Of a stretch of DNA of 64,000 bases, positions 42,054 through 54,633 are shown piece after piece. Position 1 is the first letter of the stretch. Every line of letters begins with the position of its first letter. Origin of the DNA: Haplodiscus bocki (taxonomy: Eukaryota); the NCBI GenBank assembly GCA_965655095.1, contig OZ296656.1, forward strand, positions 75,454,001-75,518,000, read 5' to 3'. The translations under genes were made by a program, and so were the position numbers. Under the pieces are notes generated by a model that did no database searches, was not told the DNA's origin, and saw only the letters and a program-made list of their open reading frames with translations.

Positions 42054-45000
42054 TTAATTATTATCTTGAATTTTTCGCAAGAGGCAGAACAGGCGGCTCT
42101 TTTTCAAAAGTGATTTCTATGTGAAACGCTTTTTTTCCATCCAATATCAAGGTTTCTGTGGGTTGTATAGGGTGGAACGTTCTTTGTTTTGAAAATTTGC
42201 ACTTGAGCGTTTGTGTATCCTATGTAAGAATCACAGCTGACAGTCTTTAAGGTTTTCTTCCATCAATGATTGTCTGGTCTGATACTTCTCTGGCTCTTGT
42301 TCACAGCTTTGGGAGTGATTGTGGAGCTCTGTGTTACACTTGCGATGACAAATGTCGTGAACATGAAGCGGTGGGACCTTTTTGTGACCAGAGACATCTC
42401 TATCAAGTTACACGATTTTGCTTGCAGTTTACTTGTGCGCTCCGTTTTTCTTTTGTGGCTACCTTGCCTCAAGTTGTATGTATGCATTGACTATAGTTCC
42501 GGCTCAACTCTCAGTCAAATTCGTTTTTTTTTGGAGTAACTAACCGCCACATTCATTCATCTGCCTTCGAAAAAAAACTAGTTCGAACTTTGGGTTCCAT
42601 TGTTGACATAGAGATAATTATACTCGCGATTACTATCCGTTAACCATACCCTCGGCTTAGCGGCAAGATTGTTGCCAGAAAAATTCTGGCAGAAAATCGA
42701 GTGATTACTGTTCTTCGTTTGGTTTCACTTTTTTTAAATTTTCACAGTTCTTTCTCAAAAACTATCAGCGGGGTTATGGCTATCCTGTGCTCATGCGAAA
42801 GCCCGCAATATATCAATTGCGGCTGTAATGGCTATATCAATGGCTGAAAAAGCTGGATTGTCGGTTTCTAACCTTCCACGCGAAGTTGTTCGAATTGTGA
42901 CTTGAAATGTTTTCTTTTATTGGCGTTTACTGGGAAAATTTTTCTCAAAGACTACTGATTGGAATGCGGCCACCCAAAGCTTTTTGCAAGTCTACAACAT
43001 TGAATGTATCAGAACAAGGAGGCATATCCCGTTTCATACATCTCATTTTCATCAGTGAAATTTTCTAACCTGTTTTTTTATGCAAGTGTTTTTATTCCGT
43101 CCGTGTTTTCAAAGTTTCTTGCTCACAGACTGCCGGTTTGATTGCTGGTGTGCAGTGCTCATTCAAACGCCCGCTTTGCAGAAAATCTGGGGAGTACCAG
43201 GGATGCCCTGCTTCTTAGTTTTTACGCGAAATGTATTCCTTTCTGTTTGAAATTCGAGAAGTTTTTCATTACTCTTTTTTCAAAGTTGTTTATCTCGAGA
43301 GACTATCAATTGGATTGCGGCCATCCAATTCTTACTTTGAACTTCGATTCAAAGGTTGCTTTCGATCAGTTTTCTTTCGGTGGAACTTTGTTTTGAAAAA
43401 AATGCTGTAATGTAAACTTTACAAAAATCAAATGGTCAGTTTTCATCAGCGGTCAATTCGTCCTTGGTTCTCCTCACCTTCGTCGTAGGTATATGCTAAG
43501 CACAGCTTCGCCTCTTTGTAAAATTTAGGAGTAGATTGTACGACACCCGAGTAGCCACCACAATCTTTAAAACTGAAATGTGATATTTTAATGATTGATT
43601 TTTTGTATTCTGCGTGCCAGCATTGAAATGCCAACAATGAATTTTTCAGAGGGGTTTCGTGAATATCACTATTAGTTTTTTTTGTGCAAGTACGGGGTAT
43701 CACGGAAAGTTCCGGTATTAGATTTGTACTAAGTTTTCGGTATACACAAAAATCGAAGTTTCCGGTAGAGAATTTTCAGTTTATCCGGGGTATTGCGAAT
43801 GTAGTTTTTAGCACTTGTTGTTGAAATTTTTTTGACTGTTTATGAGCAGTTTTGCAGATAGTTCAAAATTGGTTGAAAAAATCTTACAATTCGTTCGCTT
43901 CGATGATTGAGATCCGCCGGGGGCTGATTTTTAAATAGTGCATTTTTTCCGTTTCTCCTGCAGTATGGCAATGTACCCTAGAAAACGGAATTCCCTGTTG
44001 ATAATCCCTGTTATTGATTTTTTACGGTATTGGTTTTAATTTGTTTTTCAGTTATACGTTCTTGAGAGCCGAAGGTCATACTGAAAAATCAAATTCAGTT
44101 GCATCTAATTTACAATTAAGAGGCACAAAATTAGCTTTTTCGTTTCTTTTTGAGCTTTGTTAAGCAAGCATCAAAAAACGCGTTCTTGAAAAGACGACTG
44201 CTCTCGTCTAAAAATCGATTTCTTGCACAATTTCATCATCATTATTAACGTTACTTGTTCTCTGCAATTTGTGCTCATTTTGTTTTAATACAATTCAATA
44301 ACATTTCTTTGAACTTATTGATTCTTTTCTCTCGTATTCTTTTCGCGTATTCACAAATTATGCTACACAAAATAGATCAAAATTATACTACTACACAAAG
44401 TAACTGCCTGTCGGTTCATTTCATTTTCCTACCTTTGTCGTAAAGTGACACTTGAGTCAAAATAGCCGCCCACAATACTTCTTTTGCATTCTTATGTGTT
44501 CAACCTCTGCCAAAATGATTTCAATTTGTTAATTTTTGTCATTTCATTTTTTTTTTCATTTTGCGTTTTCTCACAATTTAGACGTCTGCTTGAAAATTCT
44601 CTCCAAATATTATATCCTTGGAAACTGGAAGTTTAAAACAGTGAGCAGTCTATTTTTGATCAGAATCATTTGCGGTAGTAAGTCAAATTTAATATAACAC
44701 GCTAAGGTTAAACATACAGGTTTTTCCAGGCCATACCAAGAACTTCAACGTTTAAAGTCGAATTTAAACCAATGAGAGTCTTTGAAGCCGCTAGTTTGCT
44801 TTTACCATTTTTTAACAGTACTTAACTAGAGATTCTCCATAACCGACCAATTACCATAGCCATTTTTTTCATAAATTTCCCAAAAAATCTATCTTTTCAT
44901 TGGCGTAAAAAATTTCAGCAAATCTGTTAGTGTCTCCGTTGAACTGCTGGTTAAAGTGTCAAACGCATTCACCAACTCTTACCACTGGTTTTGCTTTCAT

Positions 45001-46757
45001 CACCTGCACTATAGATAATTAGAAAGTGAGCCTGAAACAACGTGGAAACGAATCTTAGTCATGACTCTTAGTTGGCTCCACCATTTTTTGCAATGGTAAG
45101 TTGCAATCTTATTTGAAATATCTGAAAACCAGCTACTGGCGTAAACATTGTGCACCTAATTTTTTTTGTATATTATTTATCAAGTTCTGCTTCTAAATTT
45201 CAAGTTGTATATATACAATTCAAATTGCATGCAATCGAATCATTTTATATCTGATATTGGCGTGCAGTAATTTGTTATATCGATGGATGTACTTCTAATA
45301 ATCCCGTACAAAAATCAAGGTCCACCGCTTCTCCGTCATTGATAAAAGTTGATTTTGTTTATTAATTAGGACAACTTGTCGGTAAATTTTGTTTTTCTAC
45401 ATTTTTCTAACAAATCTCGCTCCGTGCTTACTTCTTTTTTCATGGACTGTATATTTTTCATTGACGAGTTGTGAAATTGGCTGCAACGCTGGCGCCGTCA
45501 TCCCCTTTCCGCTCAATTGAGCTCAACTTTTCCAAATAATTTTGGGAGAAGGAATCTAGTCTACCAGTTGCAGCGGCGTCACGTTGCCACTAGGTTCCTC
45601 ATTTTTTGACAATTTTTGTCTGCAGCGCTCGCAGTTAATTGAAACCTACAAAATTTATCATCGCATCCCCAATTTAGCGTTCCATTTAAATTTATAGAAA
45701 ACAACAACAAGCAGACAGAAGAATGATTTGTTGTTTGATTGCTGGTGAAATTTATGCCTTTTCAAACTATTCGATCAAGTTAATCTGCTAGTTCTAATCG
45801 CCGCCTGGGTTTTGTAATCTGTTCACTGGGTAAATGTCTTTTCTCGCTCAGTGAACTTGTCACTGGCACGCTTGGAAGTAGGTCTGGCGTCCAGACCCAA
45901 TCATTAGTTTACCATACCCAAATAGACCCAGCAAATTATTCATTTTTGAGAATCCATATCAATGATTTTGGATTTTCATCGTCCTTATTGGATATTTTTT
46001 CAAATATGATCTTTTAAATTTCTCATTTGATCATATTCAATGAAATTAACTCTTCTTCTTCTTTTAAAAAAATACCAGCTACCTTTAAAACTTTCTCCTC
46101 CTGACTTTCAGTACGCCAATGCATTTATTCTTCACTCTCAAATCCCGCGTTTTTGATATAAATAATGTGCCTCTCGTCAATATCTGACTCCGAATTTTGA
46201 AAGGAAGTTCTGTCGAGAAAAACTGCCGACCCAAAATTAACTAGAACCAAGCAAATCAACTGACCAATTGATCCAGATCTATTCAGACCCCGATCCACTT
46301 CGAAGTCTAGTCGCTGGTGAGGGAATCCTGTATTGCTCAGAGAAATTATTTTGGAAAAAAAAGTTGAACTGTTTCGAGCAGACTGCTTTTCTTGTTTTTC
46401 TTGAAAAAATATTCTATGATTTTTGAAATATTCATTTTCGCTCATTGACATATTTTCGTTTGGGGAATTTGCTGTTTATTTGTTGTTGAATGATTATAAT
46501 TTTTCAGTCTTGTTCTCTGATAGCTGATTTGTTTTTAGTTTTTGCTTGAGTGGTGTTCTCAACACTCCTCGCTTCACTGGAATATCTGTAAACTTTTACT
46601 CCTTGAGTTTTCACCGTACGGAGTGACTCATTGTTCATCGTCTAAAAGTTAATGAAAAACATTGCTCGATGTTTCACAGAGGTGTTCTTCACGTAGGAGC
46701 GAAATTATCAACCTGAACTGAGTTTTGCAAAACTGCTTCTGAAAAGTACCATCTCTG

Positions 46758-47222
46758 TTATTTTTTTGCCATATTTATAACATGGAGAAAAATCTTTCTC
46801 TCGCCGCGTGCATTTTTACATTTACTTGCCAATTGCGCGATTTCGGCAAAATTGAAAATTTTCTATCACCAAATTATAGCAAATTTTCCGTAGAATGCGA
46901 ATAAAATAGTTAAGGTTTCTCCAATCCGCTCGAAATCTTTTTTGTTTTGAAAAATTGAGTTTTTGAAAAAAAAAACGTGAGTTTTCAAAATCGGTAAAAG
47001 GTGGCAAATTTGGTGTAGAATGCGCAAAGTTTGATATTATTTCAAAAAATAACTTTTCCAGCTCAATTGAATTTTTTGCAGAAATAAAAAAATTAATTTG
47101 GAAAATTATCAAAATTTGCCGGAGATGCTATATTTTCGGGAAAAACGCTTTCACCCTTCTAATAGGTATCTTTAGCAAAGTTGGAGGGTGGAAAAACGCG
47201 GATCATGGCCGGCCGTCTTGTT
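46758..47222 (+). mobile_element. HINE family B copy
   Basis: 5' ttatttttttgccatatttataa; shared body (aaaatcggtaaaaggtggcaaattt...gtagaatgcg); 3' ggagggtggaaaaa...ggccggccgtcttgtt. Confidence 0.72.
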
Positions 47223-50200
47223 TTTCACTGGTTTAAAAATGTTTAAAAAGCTCTGACTGATAGTTGAAAAGTTGAGGTTGGGCAAATTGAAAGCCGAAGC
47301 CAGTTCAAAATGAAAGACGGTTTTTGGTTTTTTGTAAGATTTCAGTCCATTTCCTTTTTCTCACTTTCTCTATTGAGTTGGCCAATATTGTCTCAAAAAA
47401 CAACTTCTGACATGTTTATTCAAGTGATACGTGAGTGAAAATATAAAGTATATTGGCCACAAAGTCTTATGAATATTAATGACTCAATCTGTACAGGCCA
47501 GAACTTTGATTCAATTTTTGCGATTAGCAGCTGAAATAACCAAAAGTAATAACTCTCGAACTGGCTGGAATCGATTGAATATAAATTGAACAATTTTGGG
47601 AACTACAGCGTCAAAATCTTCCTTCCCATTCTTCCATTCTTCACAAAAAAATTAAAGGTGTTGCATTTTTTTTTGATTTTTTTTCACTTCCGAAGGATTT
47701 CCAATATCGAATTTTCATATTTGTTATTTGATTTAAAATCGATGCACTGAAAAGGTGTGTGATTAACCAGAAGATCATTAAAAATCAACGACTTCAATAC
47801 CTATGGTAATTCATTGATTTTTCAGTATGTTATCAATAATTTCGAGTTAACTTTTCCGAGGGTTTCTCAGGTAGATTTTGAGCTACCGAAACTGGCATTC
47901 ACAACTTGAAGGGATTTTCCCCAAATTTTGGATTTTGCTGAGTATGATTACATGCTTGGAAAAGGCGACAGAAAATCTTTCAAGTTTGAACTTTAACGAA
48001 TTTTTTGAAAACAATTGAGAAAGTAAGATTTTGTTGTAAATTTGAAGCTACAGTTGGATGCTCTGGTCGAAGTTTTTCATACCCAATATTTTGTTCGTGA
48101 CTTGCATTGATAGGTAATTTCATCAAAATTCCATCAAGGGTCTTTCACTGACTGATCATTGATCGACTTTGAAAACCCTGCATGATACTCCTAGAAAAAA
48201 ATTGACCTAAAAGAATAATTGCTCGCCAGAAAATTGATTTTTTTCTTGATGCACAGGAAGGGTGCACACTAAATAAGTAGCTCTGCTTGTCAGTCGAGAG
48301 TCGACCGCCCTTACGAAATCATAACTTTAGCAAGTAATATAGCAACCTAATAGCAAAGTTAGTCCTGGTAATGATATGCATACCACCAAGAAACACTTGG
48401 CCGAAAGAAAAGTGAGCAAATATTCCGGGCGGGTTTGTTTGCAAAGGTTTCTTTTTGTGGCGAACGAATTAGTCCAAATCAAGAAGACGAAACTGAAAAC
48501 ATGAACTGCATGAAAACATGTACTTGAAAAGAACTGAAAAAGATCAGTGGTAATCTTGTTGATGCATCGCGACCTCGCAAACAGAATAGTGTAAACCCGC
48601 GTTTTGCTAGCTCATGAGATTTACTTCATCGGTTTAATATCATCGGTTTCAACGACGTTTCTTTACTTTGAAACTCAACTTTACTCAACGGCATTACTTT
48701 TGACTAGCAGACCCTTCTGCCGGATCCACATTTGCTAAGTATTTGAGTCATGATTTGATGAGGACTGTGAAGACACTTTTAAGAAGCTCCGAAGAGCACA
48801 GCTCAGAGTCATAGTTCCCCGTATCTCAAATTATTTTCATACGATCCAGAAATTTTGCTCAAAAGCTCAAGAATTTACTACCCCTTGTGTCGTATGTAAT
48901 AAATTGATATCAAATTCCGTTTTTAGCGCTTATCTCTATTTCATTTCTCCCACTGGTATTTTTTGACCGTCCGCAGACTATGAAATGTGCAATGCTGTGC
49001 CCACATAAAATTGTCGCCGCCTTCCACATAAATTCTTTCTATCCTATGCGTACTTAGTGAGAATACTTATTTTTTTCAAGAGCCAAAGCATGCTTTTCTA
49101 TTATGCCATTCTTTCGCTAGAATCTCTCTCCGCAAAATGTTGAATTCGAGACGAATTGTTCCATTTCTCAAGCAGCAACTTCTGGAGTCTTGGTACTCTT
49201 GGTCACTTTTGTTTTAGATGGCACCATGGTGTCCGTTGGCGTCTTCATGTTTCTTGTAAAACAAAAATAGAAAATATTACCGTTATATAATCGGGTGTAA
49301 ATTTGTCGATATTCAACAGCTGAGGTTTTAACATACCAATGTCTTTAACGGACTGTTGATTTTCACAATCAAATCAGGAGGAACCTAGGAATCAATCATA
49401 TCGGAAGCTGGAATCACACAAAAATCTGAAAATAAAACAAATTTTCGATGCTCCATCGAAGCCCATGTTTCAAATTGGGAAATTTTTATTACAAACATGT
49501 TGGAATTTGTTGTGGACGAAAGTTTCATTAAGTTTATGCATAAAAATAAACAAACATGGTTGATGGTTTGATATCGGAAAAATGCTATTTATCATCTTGA
49601 TCCTTCCGTATATCGACATCAGTGCAAGTTTCACGAACTATATCAGGTCTTACATTAGATCAATGATTTTACGTATCTTTATTTTGCCCTTTTTATTGGT
49701 TTTCTGGTACGAAATTGAGTAATGACGTCTCTTAACAATTATTTTTTTGTGTTTTAGAGAATTCACTTCTTTACTTGCACTGGCATTTATTACCCAGCTC
49801 TTCCAATTTATTGCTTGCTTCTATTTCCTGGTTATAACTTTCAGAGTAAAGGGGTCATTAGTTATGACTAAGCCTCGTAGTATTTGATAATTTTATCACT
49901 TGTGCTTTATTTCGCCTCGAATTTATTGAATCCCAAAGAATTTTTTTTCAACATGCGATATGATGATTACATCGTGGAATGTGAAGGAAGTCTTCGTTTT
50001 ATACCGACAAGGATCCGAGTTCTTATCCAAGCATTGGTAGCCGATTCATGGCGAAAAAACATTTCAAAGGAAAACACCCCTTTGGAATTTAATTGGGTGG
50101 AGAATTTGAAAAAAAATGGAGATTCCCAAAACCTCGGGACTGGGTTCTCAAATCAAAGCCAGGGCAGTTCCCAGAAAAACAGTTGTGGCAATGATGCCTT

Positions 50201-50805
50201 TGAAACCAAGTATGTGGGTACAATGGGAAGCACCAAAACGAGGGAACAACAGTTCATTCAAAAGTTGGCCAGGAGGACGAAAAGTTGCACGGAGTTTTCT
50301 GTCAAAACTCAGAATTTACAACGATTACCGTTACCATCATTATTATCGGAATATGAAGCTGGTACTTCCAACATCGCTAACTTGGATCACACGTATCAAA
50401 TACGAGAACTTTCGTCCTCCGAAGAAACTATAATCCGCCCAGATTTGCGATTGTGCAATACCACCAGGTTCAGTCATTCGTGGCAAAAACCATCGTGGCT
50501 GCAGTTTTCAGTTCCGTTCCAAACTTGTATGTCGTCTGGACCTCTAGAACTGTCACAACTATCTAAGTCGAGAAATTACAGAACTGCTTTTTCAAATTCG
50601 CTGCCTTCTTGTTGTGAAAAGTCGGATTCGTCATTTAGTCGAACAAAAAGTGATACCTTGTCTTCCAACGTTAGATGCAACAGAAGATCTTCACTGAAAC
50701 GCCGTTTCTCCAGGACATCCACATCTTGGCCTTGTGCTCTATCCAAATTTTTCATTTCTTATTTCTTGCTTATCTCAACTGCCTTCGTATCCAGTAAGTT
50801 TATAT

Positions 50806-51268
50806 TTACTTTCCGCCATATTTATAATACTGAAGTATAATCTTTCTCTCGCCTTGTGCGTTTTTTTAACGTTTACCTGGCAATTGCACTTTGCTGGAAA
50901 ATTTCGCAAACTGCGCGATTTCAAACTTCTTGCACCAAATTACAGCAAATTTGCTCTAGATTGCGTCCATTTCTTCAAAACGCCTCTTTCCGACCAAATA
51001 TAGGCTTTGAGAAAAAGTATAAATTTTTACGAAAAATTTTCGAATCAGGAAAAAGTAGGAAATTTGTTGTAGATTACGTATATAATGTTATTAATTCTAA
51101 ATGATGCCTTTTTTCGACCGAATTTTTGGGTTTTGAAAAAATTCAATTTTTTCAACTTAGAACAAACCAATTTTGCTGTAGAATTCCTTTTTCATCTAAA
51201 ACGCATTTTCATCTAAAACAAATGCCGGGAGGGCGGAAAATATCCCGGTGGTAGCCAGGCGTCTTGTT
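50806..51268 (+). mobile_element. HINE family B copy
   Basis: 5' ttactttccgccatatttataa; 3' ggagggcggaaaatatcccggtggtagccaggcgtcttgtt. Confidence 0.7.
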
Positions 51269-51611
51269 TTTTATTTCAGTTGAGTTGTCAAAATTTTAAA
51301 ATGAGGATCGCAACGTTGAAGGGAAAGGTCAGAGATTGCCTAATAAGTTGACCTTGTTGTTTGACTAAAAGTTTATGTAGTACTTTATGACCAAACATTG
51401 GGTCATAAGATTCGAGAATTTAACAGAAAGTTCCATAGGTTACGTTTAGGTCATTCAGAGAACTTGCATCTTGAAATTATCTTCGTCGAGGAAACTGCAT
51501 CTATACTTATTTAGATTTTTCGGAGAATTTCATGGATGTCAAACATGCCACTTTAGCTCAAGTTATTAAGCTTCGATGATGTCTCATGGTACAAAAATAT
51601 TTGATTTTTAG

Positions 51612-52048
51612 CTGCTGCAATGGAGATACAAAGAAAGAGCCTTGCTGCACAAGTTGTTTCCACAACAGATGAATCAGCCAATCACGGTCCATCACAGCCA
51701 TCAGCCAACCAAGACTCTCAATCATCGTCGACTAATGGGAGCCCTTCCAGCCACGACGCAACCCCTCGGGACCGAAGATCAAGCGGGTCTTTACTAGACG
51801 TAGTGCCACCCGGGGCCCCGAATTCAGGAGGCGGTGGTCGAAGTAGCACTGAATGCATGCTGAATAAATGTAACGAGTGGTTACATACAGCGTCGCTTTT
51901 CAACCGGATTCTGGTCGAGCAGTGTGTCATATTCAATAATGACCTGACGTGTCTAATCGGAATTGAGAAGCAGTGCTACTTGAACTTGTACTACAAAGGT
52001 CATCGTGGTTGGGCCGAACAGAAGTACGAACAACTCAACTGTACTCAA
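51612..52048 (+). CDS. RGM: RGM family gene, first recognisable coding exon (Ser-rich pro-region plus Cys-rich N-terminal domain)
   Basis: Acceptor ttttag at 51610-11 (phase 1), donor CAA|gtgagt at 52049. Translation ...ECMLNKCNEW...QCVIFNNDLTCLIGIEKQCYLNLYY...QLNCTQ follows the RGM N-domain Cys spacing (C.I.KC...C...C...CRGDL.YH...NC). Confidence 0.88.
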
Positions 52049-52488
52049 GTGAGTATTGAAGGGACTAAACTAGTAGTCAGTGGGGAATAGATGTTAGATC
52101 GGCTCCATTGCTTTGTCGAAGCCATTACTTTGAGGTTAAATGGTAACTTAATATGTCATAGGCTGGTGACGGTAAAAAATTTTCAGTATCTGTGTGCTTG
52201 TGCTTGATTCTCAAGAGTAGTTTTAGTAGTCAGTAGAAAGTCCTGCTCGAAATTTCAATGAGAATTGGCACCAAATCTAGTTTCTTAAAATTGTAGAATT
52301 TTCCTTAGAAAATTGAAATGGATCTCTATAGCTTGAAGTCGTACTCAAAGTATTTTATTATAAAAAATCGCCTAGTATCTCACAACATTTAGTTAGGCTG
52401 ATTTAGTTGGTCGTGGAAAAGGCTCTCAAAGTTGTGGTCGCTGAATAGGAATTGCATTCAATTTTACCATTGTGTCATTTTTGCACAG

Positions 52489-52690
52489 GTGCTTCGGGAG
52501 GCGGGTAAGAAGGGTCCGTTGCCCAATATTTCCAAGGAGCCAACGGGGGGTATATCCCCCAACAACCTCTGCTACCTGGACGAGCAGCAACACCACATAT
52601 CTCTCAAGTCCACGCCTGTCTTCTGCAGTCTCTTCGGAGACCCTCACTTGTACACTTATGGGGGACGCCAACAAACATGTGCCACCGTCG
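52489..52690 (+). CDS. RGM: RGM exon with GDPH autocatalytic cleavage motif
   Basis: Acceptor ttgcacag|GTG (phase 0, matches the previous donor), donor G|gttag at 52691. Encodes ...FCSLFGDPHLYTYGGRQQTCATV, matching RGM CGLFGDPHLRTF...QTC; GDPH at 52636-52647. Confidence 0.95.
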
Positions 52691-53656
52691 GTTAGCAGTT
52701 ACCTCAAATTTATGCCTTCGAATTTTCTTTCACAACCAAAATAGTTTCTTCGTGTTTTAGTCGGCACTTGAAACAAGCCAGACGATTGCAGTGACTTTTT
52801 TCGTTTTCAATTCATGCGAATTGGCATGTTTGATTGGCTTTTGAAATTGATATCAACTGATAACACACTCAAGAGTGAACTTCTGGGGCCGGGTCTGCTT
52901 GGGCCGTCCCAGCTCCAGTCATACATCTAAAGTTTAAATTTGTTTCCAATGAGAGAATTTTTTTTCAGTATCGGTAGAAAGTTCAAGACCTTTTTATTTT
53001 CCGTTGAAAAATGGACCGAATCAATCTTGAATAGAACAAAGTTGTCAAATTATTGCACAAATCCATTAGATTGAGAAATCAAGCTGATCCGAATAGTGTT
53101 CATATCTATATTTCAACTATTTTTTTTCCTTTCACGAAAATGTTAAAAATACCATTTTTTGATTGAAACGCAAAATGTGAAACGTGTTCTTTGATCCAAA
53201 ATTTGAACCAATTGATTTATTTCGATGGGTTGCTTAAACCGGACTGCTCATGAGCGGGTTCATATTCTTAGCGTTCGGAGATTACAGCTAATAAGACAAA
53301 CACGAAACTGGAAGCTTTGTCTTTTCTGTCGTTTTTGTTTTTCAAAGTCAAAACAATCTTTACAGTAACAATCCCTCGAAATGACGGTTTTATCTGTTAT
53401 TTAATAAATCTGCATCTTCAGTAGATTGTTACCAGCTTGAATCTTTTCAAAAGCGATTGCTTCAGTTTTGATATTGCTTCAATTCCAAGGACCTCAAATA
53501 CCTCCAAATCCATAATCTATTCCTGAACAAATAATCAAATTTCCAACGCTTCATCATCCTTCAGTGTTTGGAATTCCTCTTGTTAATAACCAAGTTATTG
53601 TATGATTCCAAGTATAAAATATTATAATTATAAGTACAAGTTGTGGTTATTTGCAG

Positions 53657-53994
53657 GTGCATGGCCTTTAGTGGACAATGCCTTCTTCACAATCCAAGCT
53701 TTAAATGTGCCTATGGAAGGAGGTGCTGCCTCTGTGCCCCCCCAAATATCTGCAACGTATAGTGAAAACACGTCAAAAATGATGACGACCGGGGCGGGAT
53801 TCGATCCTGGAGGAACGGCTTTTTCCAGTTCTGACTCAACTGTTGGCGGTGACAGAAGCTCGCTGTCATCTTCAAGCTTTGAAGGCAGTAGCGGGGACAG
53901 TTCTGGTAGTGGAGGTGCAAGAACAGAAACTGAGTTGTATAAAGGGCCAGGAAATGAGCGTGTGTCTACGACGTTGCCATCTGCTATCACTAGG
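53657..53994 (+). CDS. RGM: RGM exon, vWD-like domain with long Ser/Gly insert
   Basis: Acceptor ttgcag|GT (phase 1), donor AGG|gttagg at 53995. Encodes GAWPLVDNAFFTIQALNVP...SAITR, compared with RGM GAWPLIDNNYLSVQVTNVP...TATNK. Confidence 0.93.
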
Positions 53995-54418
53995 GTTAGG
54001 GGTTTGTTCGATAAGTGCCTCGATTTGGGAGGAGACTTAATTAACACAATAAACACTGACTTAAAGATAGAACGCAGCTTTACATGTTGACAAAGAATTC
54101 TGGTGGAAACTGGAATCATGCCTGAGCACGTGAAGATGTTGAATGAAACAAAATTGCCTCCAACTTTTTGAGAGTTTTGGACTTTTGACCACCTGCTGAT
54201 TAATTTCGACTCGGAAGGATTAATGGTGGAATGGTCCCAAAATCTTCAGGAGGAGTCTTTTCTGTTTTTTTTTGTCGTCTAACATCATCAAAACTTATTT
54301 TGATACTTTAGAAGATTGTGTAAAAGACAAAACACAGATGATAATTAAAAATAATCGAAGCCGGGTATTTTTATCTGTTTAAAAAGAAGTTTTCTTGAAA
54401 ATTTGTTTGCTGTTTTAG

Positions 54419-54633
54419 GTCATGATAATTTTCCGTGCCCGATTGAACTGTGTAGCCAAAGAGAAGATCTACGACACGACAGAGGGATTTTTGCCGCCCT
54501 CCTTCAACGATGGTACTTCTTCTGGCGGCCACGGGGATGAGAATCTCTCTGTGTTGCAAATAACCAATGGGTCACACGTAGAACTTACTGCTGCTTTTCT
54601 CAACACAACCATCATCATCCGCAGAATTGGCAG
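54419..54633 (+). CDS. RGM: RGM exon, vWD-like domain
   Basis: Acceptor ttttag|GTC (phase 0), donor AG|gtgaca at 54634 (phase 2). Encodes VMIIFRARLNC...LPPSFNDGTSSGG...SHVELTAAFLNTTIIIRRIG, compared with RGM ITIIFK...LPAAF.DG...HVE..A.YIGTT..VRQ.G. Confidence 0.95.

Noticed and set aside
42266-42539. Cys-rich and hydrophobic ORFs (ALCYTCDDKC; LILLWLLFTALGV) as a possible RGM signal exon or Ly6-like exon
   Set aside because: The hydrophobic frame has no ATG before the hydrophobic stretch and no phase-1 donor; the ATG frame is not signal-like; no further exons were found.
47300-49880. Possible decayed Polinton/Maverick coding remnants (also ~27030-27420 and ~60800-61400)
   Set aside because: Only faint resemblance in stop-ridden frames; it needs tblastn/HMM searches and cannot be supported by eye.
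49884-50840. Longest ORF in the track (318 aa, + strand)
   Set aside because: Non-ATG start, no recognisable motif, and its end runs into a HINE copy. The minus strand reads like a stop-interrupted acidic protein (EMKNLDRAQGQDVDVLEKRRFSEDLL...), so it is probably an antisense shadow of a decayed element.
53628-54119. 163 aa minus-strand ORF (also 51718-51936, 52426-52674, 54371-54559, 57514-57699)
   Set aside because: Antisense shadows of RGM exons.
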